A stretch of 64,000 nt of DNA, taken from NCBI RefSeq assembly GCF_006345805.1, contig NC_043003.1, positions 31,248,001-31,312,000 on the forward strand, in the 5' to 3' direction. A program made the translations under genes and the position numbers. This DNA is from Octopus sinensis. Lineage: Eukaryota. Positions 51,073 through 64,000 of this stretch are shown piece after piece. The notes below the pieces were generated by a model. The model was given only the letters and a program-made list of their open reading frames with translations, was not told the origin of the DNA and ran no database searches. The number at the start of each line of letters is the position of its first letter. Position 1 is the stretch's first letter.

Positions 51073-52299
51073 AGGTAGCGCTAGCGCACGTCCGTGAGAC
51101 ACTGGCGGGAGTGATATAAAGCTAATCAGTCAATTAGTCTTTCTCTGTTCTTTGGATACGTTTATGTGTGCATAAGAGCAGCACTGTTCCAGATGTAAAA
51201 CGTAGTGCATCACTAGAGCTGTCAGCAATTGTTAGGCCATGAAATATTTCCTGAACTTGAAAACAAGAGTAAATTACTGGGGGACACTCTTAAAGTAGAA
51301 TATTTCCTAAAATGTTTCTAATATTTCTTTAGTACTTGTAAGCCAGACATAATGCTTAGCGGCATTTCGTCCATCTTTACGTTCTGAGTTCAAATCCCAC
51401 CGAGGTTGATTTTAATTTTCATTCTTTAGGGGGTCGATAAAATAAATATAGGTTGATCACTGGGGTCGATATAATCTACTTGTCCCAACAACCCAGAAAT
51501 TGCTGGCCTTTTGCCAAAATTGTAAACCAATATTTCTTTAGTGGTTGACTTATAAACTTTTAAGCTTTTAACGCATGTTACCCACTGTAAGTTGAATACT
51601 TTTTAAAAACTCATTGAGAAAAACCGTTTTCCTCGAGTGCTCTACCTTTTAAATGTAGTATTTAGAACGAATATGTCTTTGTTTTAAGGATTTGAGTATT
51701 GGCAGGTGTTTCTGTACACTTTATGTTGCAATTAATCAACTTATCAAAACAGACATCTCTATGTCTGTTAATTTTTCTAGAATGTTATATACTGTCCTCT
51801 GGCTTATTCTATCTGCTTCGCAGCGTAGAAAATCTATAATATACTTCAACTTACTCTTCCAGTTGTCTATTGAGTGTCGATATCTTCTGTCGTTTATAAT
51901 GATACATTGTTTATTTAATCCCATGCAGTCTACTATTGAGAGTAATGAAGCATATAGAAATGTTTCACTTGGTAATAAAATTGGATATTCTAATGATGTA
52001 ATTTATCATCTCAGTGTTTATATTGTTGACAGTGTCCCCTAATCTATGCTGATCATCAAGAAAAGGTTTCCTAAACGTAACCTACAATCTATGGCAGTCG
52101 CTTCAATCGTTTACAGCTATTTTAGCGAGTTGTTGATATATGTATCATCAATTTCTCAGGACGGTCTAACAACCCTGGATTGACAGGATCGTTAGAATGT
52201 CGGATAAAATAGCTTGCAGTATTTATGCCGGCTTTTAAAGTTCTGAGTTCAAACCACGCTGACGTCAAATTTGCCTACACTCAACCATTGTCGATAAAA

Positions 52300-52540
52300 C
52301 GATAAAAAAACACGTCTTGTAGGTTTTGGTTTGCAAAGATTTAAGGAGGCTTTTGGGTTCCAAACGCTTCACTGTATTTTTGTTTATTAGGAGCAATCTC
52401 CTGTTCTTGAATTGCAAACGCATAGCCTTCAAAAATTTATATGATGTGGCAGTCACGAGTAAAAGAGAGTTTATGTCGATATTATTGTCCTTTTCAAGTC
52501 AGTTATGATGGCTTTGAACACCATGGGCACAGCTCTTTCC
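52300..52540 (-). pseudogene. Small R4/Dong-like LINE fragment
   Basis: FEGYAFAIQEQEIA resembles the EG.I.AIQDQVI motif upstream of the CCHC knuckle. Confidence 0.4.
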
Positions 52541-55500
52541 TCTAGACCCAGTAAATGAAAATAAAATATAATTGGGATATTATCGAGATGCCGAAGAAAA
52601 TACAAAATAAATCAAAGGAAAATTATAAAATGAAAGTTTGATTTAACTTGATATTGAACATTAGAAACAATATCTGAAGTAAAGGAGAAACAGATCCACC
52701 GACAAGACAAACCAACCACGTTTCTCTCACTTACCTGGTGATCGTGTCACCGATTACATTACAGTACTAGCTCTAAGTAACTGATGAATTATCTTATGAA
52801 GATAAAATTGTTCAGTTAAAAGAGCAGAAACAATTTATACTTAATTGAATAAACTTGAATGCCGACTGTTTTGTAGTGTAATTGGTAACGCAATCACTCA
52901 GCAATCGATAAATATGTGCTCCGTGTGTTGTCGATGGTTTTGGGCATTTTTTCTGCTTAAAGTGGTTTTTATCATGTGTAAATATAATTTAGATTAAAAT
53001 CTTAGCTCTCAATTTATATGAATTTAATTTATTTGAAATATGCTATGTTCACTACGAACAAGAAACAATATAAAAAATTACGAAACAATAAGGATGTAAT
53101 TTACCTTACGTGGGGGAAAGAACCATTGGGTTTTAGTTAAGAGGATTAACAAAAAGAAAGGAAGTAAACGAGTTAGTCTTGCAAATATTTGTTTGATCAT
53201 GTTATTTGACAATAGAAAAATATTGTCCTAATCTTAATATATAAAAGGGAATGTATATATGTTCGAAGTTGTGGGCCAGTTTTGCTCTGAGGTCGCTGAA
53301 ATTTTGCATAGAGGCATATCTTCTTAAGGAAAAAGGTTTAGGTTATGTGCCTTTTCGTGATACTTTCTATAAATATATCCAAGGCCTGGAACTTTCACTA
53401 ATATATTACATTGGGGTTTCTCCTGACAGCAAGGATCTATATCTGGGACGTCCCTTCCGCCTATAGTAGAGTTCATTATCAAAAGGGTGGTTGGCTAGGT
53501 TGAAGAATCCTTAGACGACCAGGCAAAATACGTGTTCTGACCCTACATTCTGAGTTCAAATCTTGCCGAGACGTACTAGTCCAAATCTGGAGTCGATGAC
53601 ATCGGCTGACATCCCAGATTTCAAGCCTCGTGTTTATGCTTGAAATCATTTCTGAGGTTATTGGTATCGATTAATCCCCTAATCTAAAAACTACTGGTCT
53701 TGTACATATTTCATAAACCACTAGTTAAGGCGACCAGCTATCAGAACATATAGAACATCGGAAAAGTTGTTTTACAGAATTTGTTCCAGTTTTTATGTTG
53801 AAACCTGGACAATATTTCACTTTTTCGTGGAAACAAGTCTCCCCTCTCTGTACCACCTATGTTGTTAAACAGAAAGACACATGTCGATAGAAATTGGTTA
53901 CAGTGTGGCTCCGGGTGTTGTTAGAACTGAAAGAACGGAAACATATGTTAGAATGTATCATCTCCATCGCTCTAATAACTTTGCTAAGCCATAGATCTGA
54001 ACTTGTACTTAATGAAGAACAAAACGATGAAAGGCAAATTGACTTTAGTAGGTTTGAACTCAGAAAGCAGAATACTGGGACAAATCCCACAAAGTTGTCT
54101 ATCCGACAATTTAACGTCTCTGATAATTCCACGTCTTTCTTAATATTGTCTGAAATTCTAGCACAAGTCTAACAGTTTTGGTTTTGAAGAGGAGGGCCAG
54201 GTTAGTCAATACCATCGACGCAATTAGAAGGTTTATGTTCCTATAACCTATGTTAATTCTGTAACCCTTTAAAATGGAAAGTAAGAAAGTTCATTTTCAT
54301 AAGGGCGGTTGGTTAAGTTGAATAATCCTTAGACAACAAGGCAAAATACTTCTTCTGACCCTACATTCTGAGTTCAAATCTTGTCGAGATTGTATTATAT
54401 TTCATCTACCTTGGCTGAATGAAATTAACGTTGAACTCAGAAAGTAAAGAGCCGCAAGACATTTTGTCCAACATTTTATCGATTCCTAATTTAGCAAAGT
54501 ATTGAATTTTAACTAATTTTTGTTTTATTAATATTAAACTTACTCTAAGATATGAATATAAAATTTCTTAGTTAACCTCAAGTTTAAAAGATCTCGCTTG
54601 ATTTTTAACTTTTATTGTTTCAGGCAAAACAATATGGTACATTAATAGTAAATTAGCAAACCTAGCCATGCAAAACAGAGGCCTGAAAATGACGTGTACA
54701 CTGTCCATTATTTCCTAGTTCAATATATCTAGTCATTAAAAAATTCAGTTGTGGTTGTTTTGTCACGTTTACTTTCAACAATGATTGATTTATAGCTTGC
54801 GTGTCGGCTGTAGACTTTCGGAAACTACTAAAAATTGTGTTGGAGATATTTTTTATTAATGATCATTAAAGTAAAACAACAATAATATCGACAGCAGACA
54901 CTTTGATATATATTAAATATAGTGAATTGGCAATATCGTTAGAATGACAGATAAAATGCTCTGCAGCCACTCGTTCCGGCTTTTACCTTCATAGTTCCAA
55001 TCCTACCCAGTCTAACACTGCCTTTTATGTTTCTGGGATCGATAAAATAAAGTACCTGCCGATCACTGAGCCAATTCAATCGATTATTCGTTGTGTTTCA
55101 CGGATTTCTTTAAGCATGACACTACAAATATCAATTTTTAGCGAATCTTTGTGTTACTTCAGCATTAAGGGTGAATGAAAGTGTTAACCCCAGTGACTAT
55201 GGTATTCATGTGAGGTGCAAAATTCCTGAGATTATTAATTTTGAAAGACATAATAATAAAAAAAATTCTACACAAATTTTGTAATTAACAGGACTGAGTC
55301 GGAGTGGCTGTTCCAGTGCATCTCCCTCGCCATCCTCCAGGAAAACAATCCTTTTCTATTTTATCTGCTGGAGCCATGAGAAAGGTTTCTATATTGTGTG
55401 AGGCAAGATTTTTTCAAAATTAGTTCAAAAGAAAACAAAATTATTTAAAGAAAAAAAGAAAAAAACGTCAACTTCTTGTACAGCGACAACTGTGGTAAGT

Positions 55501-56210
55501 TTATCGTCGGTGTCAGACGCAACACTCGACAGAAGAAGAAGCCCTTCCTTTACTAGCACGTACTGTCAGATACTGAGAAAGCAACGGGTTATATAAAACA
55601 ACAAAATCGGTCACGTGTAAATTGAATTGATATGGAAACACGTATACACACATAGGTAGTTAGAAAGAGAATTTCATTCAAGTATCGGCAGTAAAAATAA
55701 TTACAAAAAAAATGTCTTTTAATGTTTTCATTAATGTAGCATTAAATATTTTTTAAAGATTACATTATTTAATACGAAGATATAGATACCAAATGAAACG
55801 CATTAATGTAATATACTTTAAAAAAGCTGTAAATCAATATAAATATTATAGCATCTTCAAACTTTATGTCTGTGTGACGAGATCATGGCTCGAGCTATTG
55901 GTGTACTGAAGTATAAAAAATATTAACATCTGGATTATACTATCTATAAAGATAGTTAAATAGACGTATCCATTTAAAGGCCATATTTAGCAATGGACAG
56001 AATAAGCTCGGTGTGCAATGCACGTTTCGGTGAGTCTGTTACATTTCAAATTTCCAAGGAAATCGAAGTTCTCATCCCTACCCTTACGTGATACACAGAG
56101 ACCTGGGTTGCTGAATAATAACCCGTCATCAATGATCAATGTGTGACAATCACTAGTTATCAAAGAGAACTCATTCCAAATGCAAAATACTACAAAGAGA
56201 GGGAGAGGTT

Positions 56211-56241
<31 letters not shown>

Positions 56242-56243
56242 TA

Positions 56244-56279
<36 letters not shown>

Positions 56280-56410
56280 TATATAGAGAGCATTACTACA
56301 CATAAATGCCACACGCTAGGAGGGACTCTTAAAGTCAAAACTACTAAAATAAATAAACATATCGTACCGAATGTAACTCTAGAAGCAAGTCATTTAAAAG
56401 CAGAATTTAG

Positions 56411-56470
56411 CTGCAGATCACTGTGATTTCATAATCAGTGCAGTGGTGCACTCTTTACTCATCAGTGCAA
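56411..56470 (-). ncRNA. Type I hammerhead ribozyme, all core bases canonical
   Basis: Minus strand reads UUGCA-CUGAUGA-GUAA AG AGUGCA CCAC UGCACU GA UUAU-GAAA-UCA CAG UGA-UC-UGCAG. Stem I is 5 bp, stem II is 4+6 bp, stem III is 3-4 bp and the triplet is AUC. Confidence 0.78.
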
Positions 56471-56979
56471 GCATAATTCAAGATTTATAATGAATGAACA
56501 AAATAACATACCAGGCGAACAACCATCGTATCCAACGTAGTATATAGAAATGTTCTCCCCTTATACATCTATGTAAATGGCGGGCTTTTTCGAATTGCAT
56601 TTCGGTATCAACGTGCTTATTCGGAATAAAAATTTAACAGTGAATATACTCTGGTTAAATTTACAATTTAAAAATAAGATAAACTGGAAAACGTTGCATT
56701 TCTGAGTAATTAAATATAATACCATTATTTTTTGTTATTGTTTGTACCTATACACAGATACAGGCACCATCAACATATTTGTGGATATCAGCCAACCAGT
56801 TACTTTCTCTCTTTCTCTGTGTATGTATATAAACAAACTTCTTCGTTACAGGGACACCGCTCTAAATCCGCGAAAACCGGTTTTTAACCGGTTTTGAGAA
56901 TTACTTTTACCTAAACTCTGTTTGGGAATTATCGGCTTTTTGCGAGCCCTAGTACTTATTCTGCCAGGGACTTAAACAT

Positions 56980-57390
56980 CAGGAGTGGCTGTGAGGTAAG
57001 TAGCTTGCTTACCAACCCCATAGTTCCGAGTTCGGTCTCACTGCGTGGCACCTTGTGCAAGTGCCTTCTACTATAGTCTCAGTTCGACCAAAGCCTTGTG
57101 AGTGGATTTGGTGGACGGAAACTGAAAGAAGCCCGTCATATATATGTATTTATAAATGTGTGTGTGTGTGTGTCTGACTGTGTGTGTATCCCCATCAACA
57201 TCTCTTGACGTCCGATGCTGGCGTGTTTACGTCCCCGTAAGTTAGCGGTTCGGCAAAAAGAGACCGATAAAATAAGTACTAGGCTGACAAAGAATATATC
57301 CTGGGGTCGATTTGCTCGACGAAAAGGTGGTGCGACAGCATAGCCGCAGTCAAATGACTGAAAACAAGTGAAAGAATAAAAGAATACTAA
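56980..57390 (+). mobile_element. Full-length SINE family B
   Basis: GGAGTGGCTGTGAGGTAAG...GCAGTCAAATGACTGAAAAC. Confidence 0.85.
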
Positions 57391-57435
57391 CACCGGTCGT
57401 CAAGCAGGAACAAGCACAGATACAAAGACACGCAC

Positions 57436-57490
<55 letters not shown>

Positions 57491-57509
57491 ATATATATAT
57501 ATATATATA

Positions 57510-57650
57510 CGACAGTTTCTTTCAGTTTCCGTCTACTGAATCCACTCACAAGGCTTTGGTCGGCCTGAAGCTATAGTAGAAGACACTTGCCCAATCTGAA
57601 ACCATGTTTCGGAAGGAATCTTCTTACCATACAACCACTCCTGCGCCTAT
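57510..57650 (-). mobile_element. SINE family B, 5' half
   Basis: Reverse complement of the family B head and body, inverted relative to 56980-57130. Confidence 0.7.
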
Positions 57651-58267
57651 ATACACTGCAGGAATAAGTGTATAGAGAATCTTTAAGATCTTATACACAT
57701 ATATATAAAATAAGCTAATCCTATTCATTTGGATGCAAGTAGAACATCCCACAATTAAAATACACCACAAGGAATAATTCTGAATAACTACAAAGAAAGA
57801 TTAAGTAAATTAGGTATCGGAAATATTCTATATAACAGAGAAATGCTATTATTGGAAAACCGTTATAGGGTTATTCACTAACAATTTGAAATATAAAAGT
57901 GATCATTTGAGCGATAGGAATGGCGCCAAGGACTACCTAGAAGTTAGAAAGATTTAAAATCACAATGAACATCTATGAACCAATTTAAATGAGACAAATC
58001 CGTCTATCAGTCAGTCTTTCTATGTACGTATGTATGTAAGCATGTATGTATGTATACATTATGTATCTATCTATCTGTCTGCCTTTCTATCTATCGACAT
58101 ACATATACATGATCACACAAATATTTATATACATATATACTCATATACTTATGCTCATATACATATTCACATATGCATGTATGCACACATATATACATAT
58201 ATATTTCTGTATTTTTTTATACACATACACACACACACACACACTATATATATATATATATATATAA

Positions 58268-58312
58268 ACGGCGGGGCATCAGCATGGCCACAGCTCTGAG
58301 CTGAAACTAGAG
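58268..58312 (+). mobile_element. Extreme 3' tail of the CR1 family
   Basis: GGCGGGGCATCAGCATGGCCACAGCTCTGAGCTGAAACTAG. Confidence 0.7.
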
Positions 58313-58442
58313 AGAGAAATAAAAATATATATATATATGTCTGATGAGTTCATTTCCTGTAAGGAGCGCATAATCTGTTCGGGGCCATTTCCTTCAATAG
58401 AAAGCAGTGTAAAAGAAGAAGACGTACTGCCAGCATCATTCT

Positions 58443-58715
<273 letters not shown>

Positions 58716-58859
58716 TAAGAAGGTTCGTTGCAGCTACCACTAGCGTCAATAGTCGAAATATATAAACTGGGGAAGGTACGGATGGTGATGATGTTGAGAG
58801 AATCGAAGATCATGGAAATCTGTTGTTAGCAACAGCGTCAAGACGAGAGAAGCAGAGAG

Positions 58860-59560
58860 AAGAGAGCTTCATTTGATCCGATGTTTTCAACAAGGACAGA
58901 TGACGAGATGGGAAGAATATGTTGTTCAGAGGAAAATAAGCTGGGATGAGATATGGAAGTGGACGACATCTCGGCTAAGTTTTCTGATTCGTTCATCCTA
59001 TTATGTTTTGCCATCACCTACGAATCTAGTAAGATGGAACGTCTCAGAGAATGGCATATGCAAATGTGGAAAGGTCGGAACAATGAAACATATTCTTTCC
59101 AACTATTCATTAGTATTGAACAGGTATACATGGAGACACACCTTGGTCCTTAAGGTTATCTTCAATGCTATAAAGAACCAAATTCATCTCAACAACACTG
59201 AGAAAAAAACCGTCGAAAGTACCAACTAGAGATTTCGTTACTTTCGTGCGCTGAGGTCAGCGGATCCGTTTCAAGAAAAAGAACAAGAAACTTCCCGTGA
59301 GAGACGAAAAGTGGAACGGCTTTTGGGAGGTGACTGCAGATTTACCTGGGTGCCAGGGATTCTTTCTCATTCCAATTACGAAAATAACGGACATTTTGAT
59401 GTCTTATTTTATAGTAAGTTTTCTATCTGCATCAGGCCTCCTTCTGAGTAAACTCCCATCAATAATCCAAGAAACCAAAGCATTACACACTCAACACGCA
59501 ATATAATCAATAACACAAAAAAGATGACGTCATACCGCGAGGTCAAAAAAGTAATACAGT
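58860..59560 (+). pseudogene. HERO-like (RLE-type) non-LTR retrotransposon fragment
   Basis: ORF 58873 gives QQGQMTRWE...RKISWDEIWK...LSFLIRSSY.VLPSPTNL.RW...C.C...GTMKHILS...RY.WRH..VL, typical of the post-RT zinc-knuckle region of HERO/NeSL-like elements. Confidence 0.7.
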
Positions 59561-59638
59561 ACCGGGAAGAGATAGAACACTCCCAACAGCAGAAAAAACA
59601 CACACAATGCTGCACACACCCCGGCAATAAGGAAGTGT

Positions 59639-59872
59639 AGCGGCGAGCTGGCAGAAACGTTAGCACGCCGGGCGAAATGCCAAGCGGTATTTCGTCTGCC
59701 GCAACGTTCTGAGTTCAAATTCCGCCGAGGTCCACTTTGCCTTTCATCCTTTCGGGGTCGATAAATTAAGTACCAGTTACGCACTGGGGTCGATATAATC
59801 GACTTAATCCGTTTGTCTGTCCTTGTTTGTCCTTTCTGTGTTTAGCCCCTTGTGGTTAGTAAACAAATAGGT
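59639..59872 (+). mobile_element. Well-preserved monomeric SINE family A
   Basis: GGCGAGCTGGCAGAAACGTTAG...GAGTTCAAATTCCGCC...GGTTAGTAAACAAATAGGT. Confidence 0.88.
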
Positions 59873-59915
59873 GATGCAGTAGAAATTTGCCTAAATCTAT
59901 CATATATTGAACAGT

Positions 59916-59918
<3 letters not shown>

Positions 59919-59989
<71 letters not shown>
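59919..59989. repeat. (AAT)n microsatellite
   Basis: Visible run. Confidence 0.95.
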
Positions 59990-59991
<2 letters not shown>

Positions 59992-62900
59992 AATTATCGA
60001 AGTTTGACTCGCTGTTTTAAAACCTGATATTGATTTTTATTTTTATAATGTTAACGTATCTCCCTACTTATTGTCTGTCAAAAATTGTTTGCCGTATATT
60101 TCGGTATTTCGTTTCGGATGGTATCTTTCTACCCACAAGTGCAATATCCTGACATTATGTTTACTCATGTGAAAGTATTTTGCTTTAAGTAACATATCAG
60201 ATTACAGATGTAGTTTACTGTTCCTATCATCGTATGTCGACGATAGATCCACTCGAGTGACTTCTCGTTATCTTCTCCAGCTAGGCATGAAGCGTATCGC
60301 TTTTAGAGGAAGGACATTTATATGATATTGCCAGAAAATATTTGTTTAGCCATTAGAAATAGAAAATCTCATCGTACATATTCTCAATTTGCAATGAATC
60401 AATTTTACAGATTTGAATTTTTTACACTTTTGAATTGCTTAGGAAAAAAATGACTTTTAACAAAAATTTGTACATAAGTTGTCATAATCCACGAATAGAC
60501 CAACATATGCTACTGGTACTGATTTTATCGAAAGAAAAAACCCCGAAGAATAATGTTATTTGAGTGAGGCTTGTCTGCAATATTTAAGACATAGCGGACA
60601 GGGTAGCTTTCCATACGTCGTAGTACTAAATAAGTTTGTAGACCAAAAGGAAGACGTGAATTTTAATTTTGGACAGAGCACATATTTTTAGAAATAATAG
60701 AATGTTTGGCCATTGTGGTGAATAGCTTTTACACGAAGAAGGATCATTCTCGTAATATAGGAACATCTTAATATATCTATGACAACAAACACACCTATCC
60801 ATACGAGTTAACCAGGGGACCTATATAAATTCGGTCGACCAGCAAAATACGGTTTCAAATTTTGGCCCAAGTTCAGTTCCATCTGTAAAATTAGCCGCTA
60901 AGTCTCCCTCAAATTACACTATCATTTCAAGAAAAGTATGGTCACAGTTGATACTATAATCCTCCCCATCTTTTTCTGTTAGTCTGTATGTCTTTTTGTC
61001 TTTCTCACTCTCTTTTTGCCTGTCTGTCTCTCACTCCTCCTCTCTCTGTAAGAGTAAGTATACGTATGCATGCATATATACGTACACATACAAGTATACA
61101 TGCATACTGTTTTGAAAGGGATACGAGATAGCTACCGTATCAAAGTATGTCCTACAGAAGCTGACCTGGAACTAATAAACAACATATGTTAGTGAAACGT
61201 ACTCAAATACTTCCATAAAAAGTTATTTCAAAGAATGACAAGTGTTGTCTATACTTCAAAATTCGATATTCCATTACCCACAATGATTCTCATAGCAGCT
61301 TTTAGAAATTTGCTCCAGATTCTGTGTGTTTAGTTGAGAAGCTTCTGCATATAGTATGCTCCTGGTAGAAATTGGTGAGTGAACTTGTGCAGAGGCGTAC
61401 AAAGGTCTTTTTAATACTGTCTTGTAGTATTTGCTGTGAGTGCTGATGAGTTGTGTTTGTTTGCATTTCATACAACACTAATGTACCAGCTAACTAGAAC
61501 ACATAAGGTAAGCTATTAATGGCAATTTACTTTTCTCGGTATTAACTCTATCAGCTACAATGGACTCAGACACTCTTCTTTAAAACTGAGGTGCTGTTGG
61601 TTGATTATGTTATGCTGGACATTTATTTTGGTTAGAGAGGTGTACACACAGTTCTCTGAAGCTACGATTCGGAGGTGATGGGTTTTCATTCCCTCTGCGA
61701 CCTGTTTTTTTGCTTCAAGATACCCTACAGATCTGTAACATGCTATGAGGATATATTTTATCTACTCTAATTTTCTGGTTTTATTTACACCCATGCTTTG
61801 AAGCTGTCTATTATAGACAATTTACAATCCTTAAAGTGCAAGGTGAGTTTTGATGAACTTCTCTGTGACAAAACTTTTGTATTAAACTATGTCTCTAATA
61901 GTAAATTCAAATCGCCAACCCAGTTTTTCAACTTTATAGAATTTCAGCTTAGGCTAAGTGCTGCTGCATCTCTTTCTCTTCATAGTCTTACTAGTGCAAA
62001 CAGTATCAAGTCATCAACTCCTATTTGTAGTCGCCGAAGGGATATTCTACGAAAATTGAAACAAAAGCAAGCAGAGTTTTGAGCCTTGAGAAACTGATGC
62101 ACTAATGGATGAAAAATCAGGTAATTGAGCTGGAAATATTTCTGTGGTGGAGTTCCTAATTAAGATAGCTTTGCAGCTACGTTAGCATTCACTTCAGTAG
62201 AACCAAAAATCTGTTAGCAGCTTCTCTGACGGCCGTCTATTTGAAACGTGCTTTCTGACCTACATGAAGATAATTATGTTTGGGAAAGGATAACGAGAAA
62301 ATAAAGATAATTATATTTGGGAAAATGAAGATAATTATGTTTGGGAAAGGATAATGAGAAAATTTGGTGTGTTATAAATTGGTCGGAACGAAATGCACTT
62401 TAAAAATATGTTTGTGTTTTTTGTTCATTAGACAGCCTCGTATTTCTGTGTATAGCAATCTCTGTAGTGATTATCATAGCGCATAGAGTCAGTTACAGTG
62501 AGTCCAGTCACGATCCAGTTTCAACGTACACCTTACAACCAACTCCCATGAACGTCCTATCCACTCTGATAGACCATTCATGGCTTTAAGCCTACATAGA
62601 TAAGAAAATAGGAAACTACATAAGTGATACCCAAACTATCTAGTACATTGTGATAATACACATACACAAAAAAAGGAAAACTTTACAACTGCAAGCATAT
62701 ACAGTACATATTGTTGCATTCTGTAATTAAATACACGATATAGACTATATAGTGAGAACCAAGTTTCTTGTTTTACGCCACAAACATTGTTCTGAGTCAT
62801 GTAATAGCTTAGTTAGTTTATCAGTAAATTGGTATTGAGTCATTAGTGTTTTATTCATATCGAAAAGATCTAGTTACATCGTGCTTGCGATCTAGTTTCG

Positions 62901-63148
62901 ATCCCTGATTATCTCTCTGTCTACATGTTCCATACAGGTAGTGGCCTGTAAATGTAAAATACATAATTTAATATTATCGATGTGAAAAAGGAGAGGGGAA
63001 AACTATAGAATCTATTGGCACTTCACTTATCCTCTCTTTTCCCGTTTTACTGACTTACTAAAATACATACACACATAGAGAGGATGCGGGGGTCGAATTT
63101 ACGCAAAAATAAAAATAACGCCGACATCTCATTTTAACATATATTTAC

Positions 63149-63386
63149 CATATAGATGGAGAGTGTTTGTGGACGGATGAGTGAATTGATGTTGCACAAA
63201 GGGGTACGGAACCAGCATGATGCGACGACGGTAAACCAGCATATGCTGTTGGGCCCCGCTGCTGATATCGGGGATTGCTTTCTATGCTTTGACTCGAGTA
63301 TAGGACGGGGTTCGCATCTTTGAGCTGGGAGATGAATTGAATGCCTGGTGTGTGTCTTGTGGCTACCCCACCTATGGAGAATAGGC
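63149..63386 (-). CDS. Candidate internal coding exon of an unidentified host gene
   Basis: Non-repetitive and GC-elevated. Acceptor TTTATTATTTATCAAG|G, donor TG|GTAAAT. Open frame GLFSIGGVATRHTPGIQFISQLKDANPVLYSSQS...HKHSPSI; a second frame is also open. No family recognised. Confidence 0.35.
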
Positions 63387-64000
63387 CTTGATAAATAATA
63401 AAAAATAAAACATGAGTGTACATACATATATATGTATATACATATGTGTGTATGGTGTGTGTGTGTGGTGTGTGCGTGTAGATATATATCATATACACAT
63501 ATGTATATATGTTTATATATATGCATATATATGAGTATATATACATACGCATATATGTATATATATATATGTGTACATATATATAATATATATATGCACA
63601 TACGTATATGCATGTGTGTGTGTGCTTGTGTCTGTGTGTGCGTAAATGTTACACCGCTGACAGATTCGATTAACTTATCTTTCGCTTGAAGAAGGATGTC
63701 TTTGCTATTTTCATCAACTTAATCCTTGTAGTGTGTACCTGGATGGTCAATGATGCTAGCTGCTCTCTATTTCATCAGAATTCAAGGAAGGATGTGTCTG
63801 AATATAAACTGCCATAGTCAATATCAAGTACTATACTAGAAAATGCATGGCACTGTTTTGATGCCTTGCGTCAAATGTTCTAAAGGTTCTAACATGCACA
63901 GAAAGCAACTTCGAAAGACAGTAGGGAATATCTTATGGGAATATCTTCACATAGGACATTCTTATTTCTTTATTACCCACAAGGGCTAAGCATAGAGGGG

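Noticed and set aside
52781-52820. TAACTGATGAATTATCTTATGAAGATAAAATTGTTCAGTTA
   Set aside because: Folds as a simple hairpin and lacks the GAAA core strand.
58338-58380. CTGATGA-GTTC...GAGC hammerhead start
   Set aside because: No GAAA or stem III follows.

Overview
AT-rich, repeat-dominated animal DNA, probably intronic or intergenic. The SINE families and microsatellite load resemble Octopus (inferred from family recognition, not a database match). I found no intact gene. The window holds many (TA)n, (CA)n, (GA)n, (TAC)n, (ATCT)n and (AAT)n tracts and at least three tRNA-derived SINE families. It also has decayed LINEs (CR1, RTE, R4/Dong-like, HERO-like), a mariner with both TIRs, a Tc1 fragment, MITEs, and a non-autonomous LTR element (tRNA-Trp PBS, PPT, 4-bp TSD) whose empty site survives in a local paralog. 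The main signal is a dense set of Penelope-like (PLE) pieces. These carry about 10 unrelated minimal type I hammerhead ribozyme motifs (CUGAnGA ... GAAA ... NUH, with short palindromic stem III). Several motifs sit in ORF-less head-to-head palindromes (13.4-13.8, 14.0-14.8 and 26.2-26.6 kb). One sits downstream of a tRNA-like segment in a PLE 3' end, and one sits in a 320-bp retrozyme-like unit. Possible host exons lie on the minus strand at 62-63.4 kb (low confidence). All alignments and folds were done by eye, and repeat boundaries are approximate unless TSDs or TIRs are quoted.
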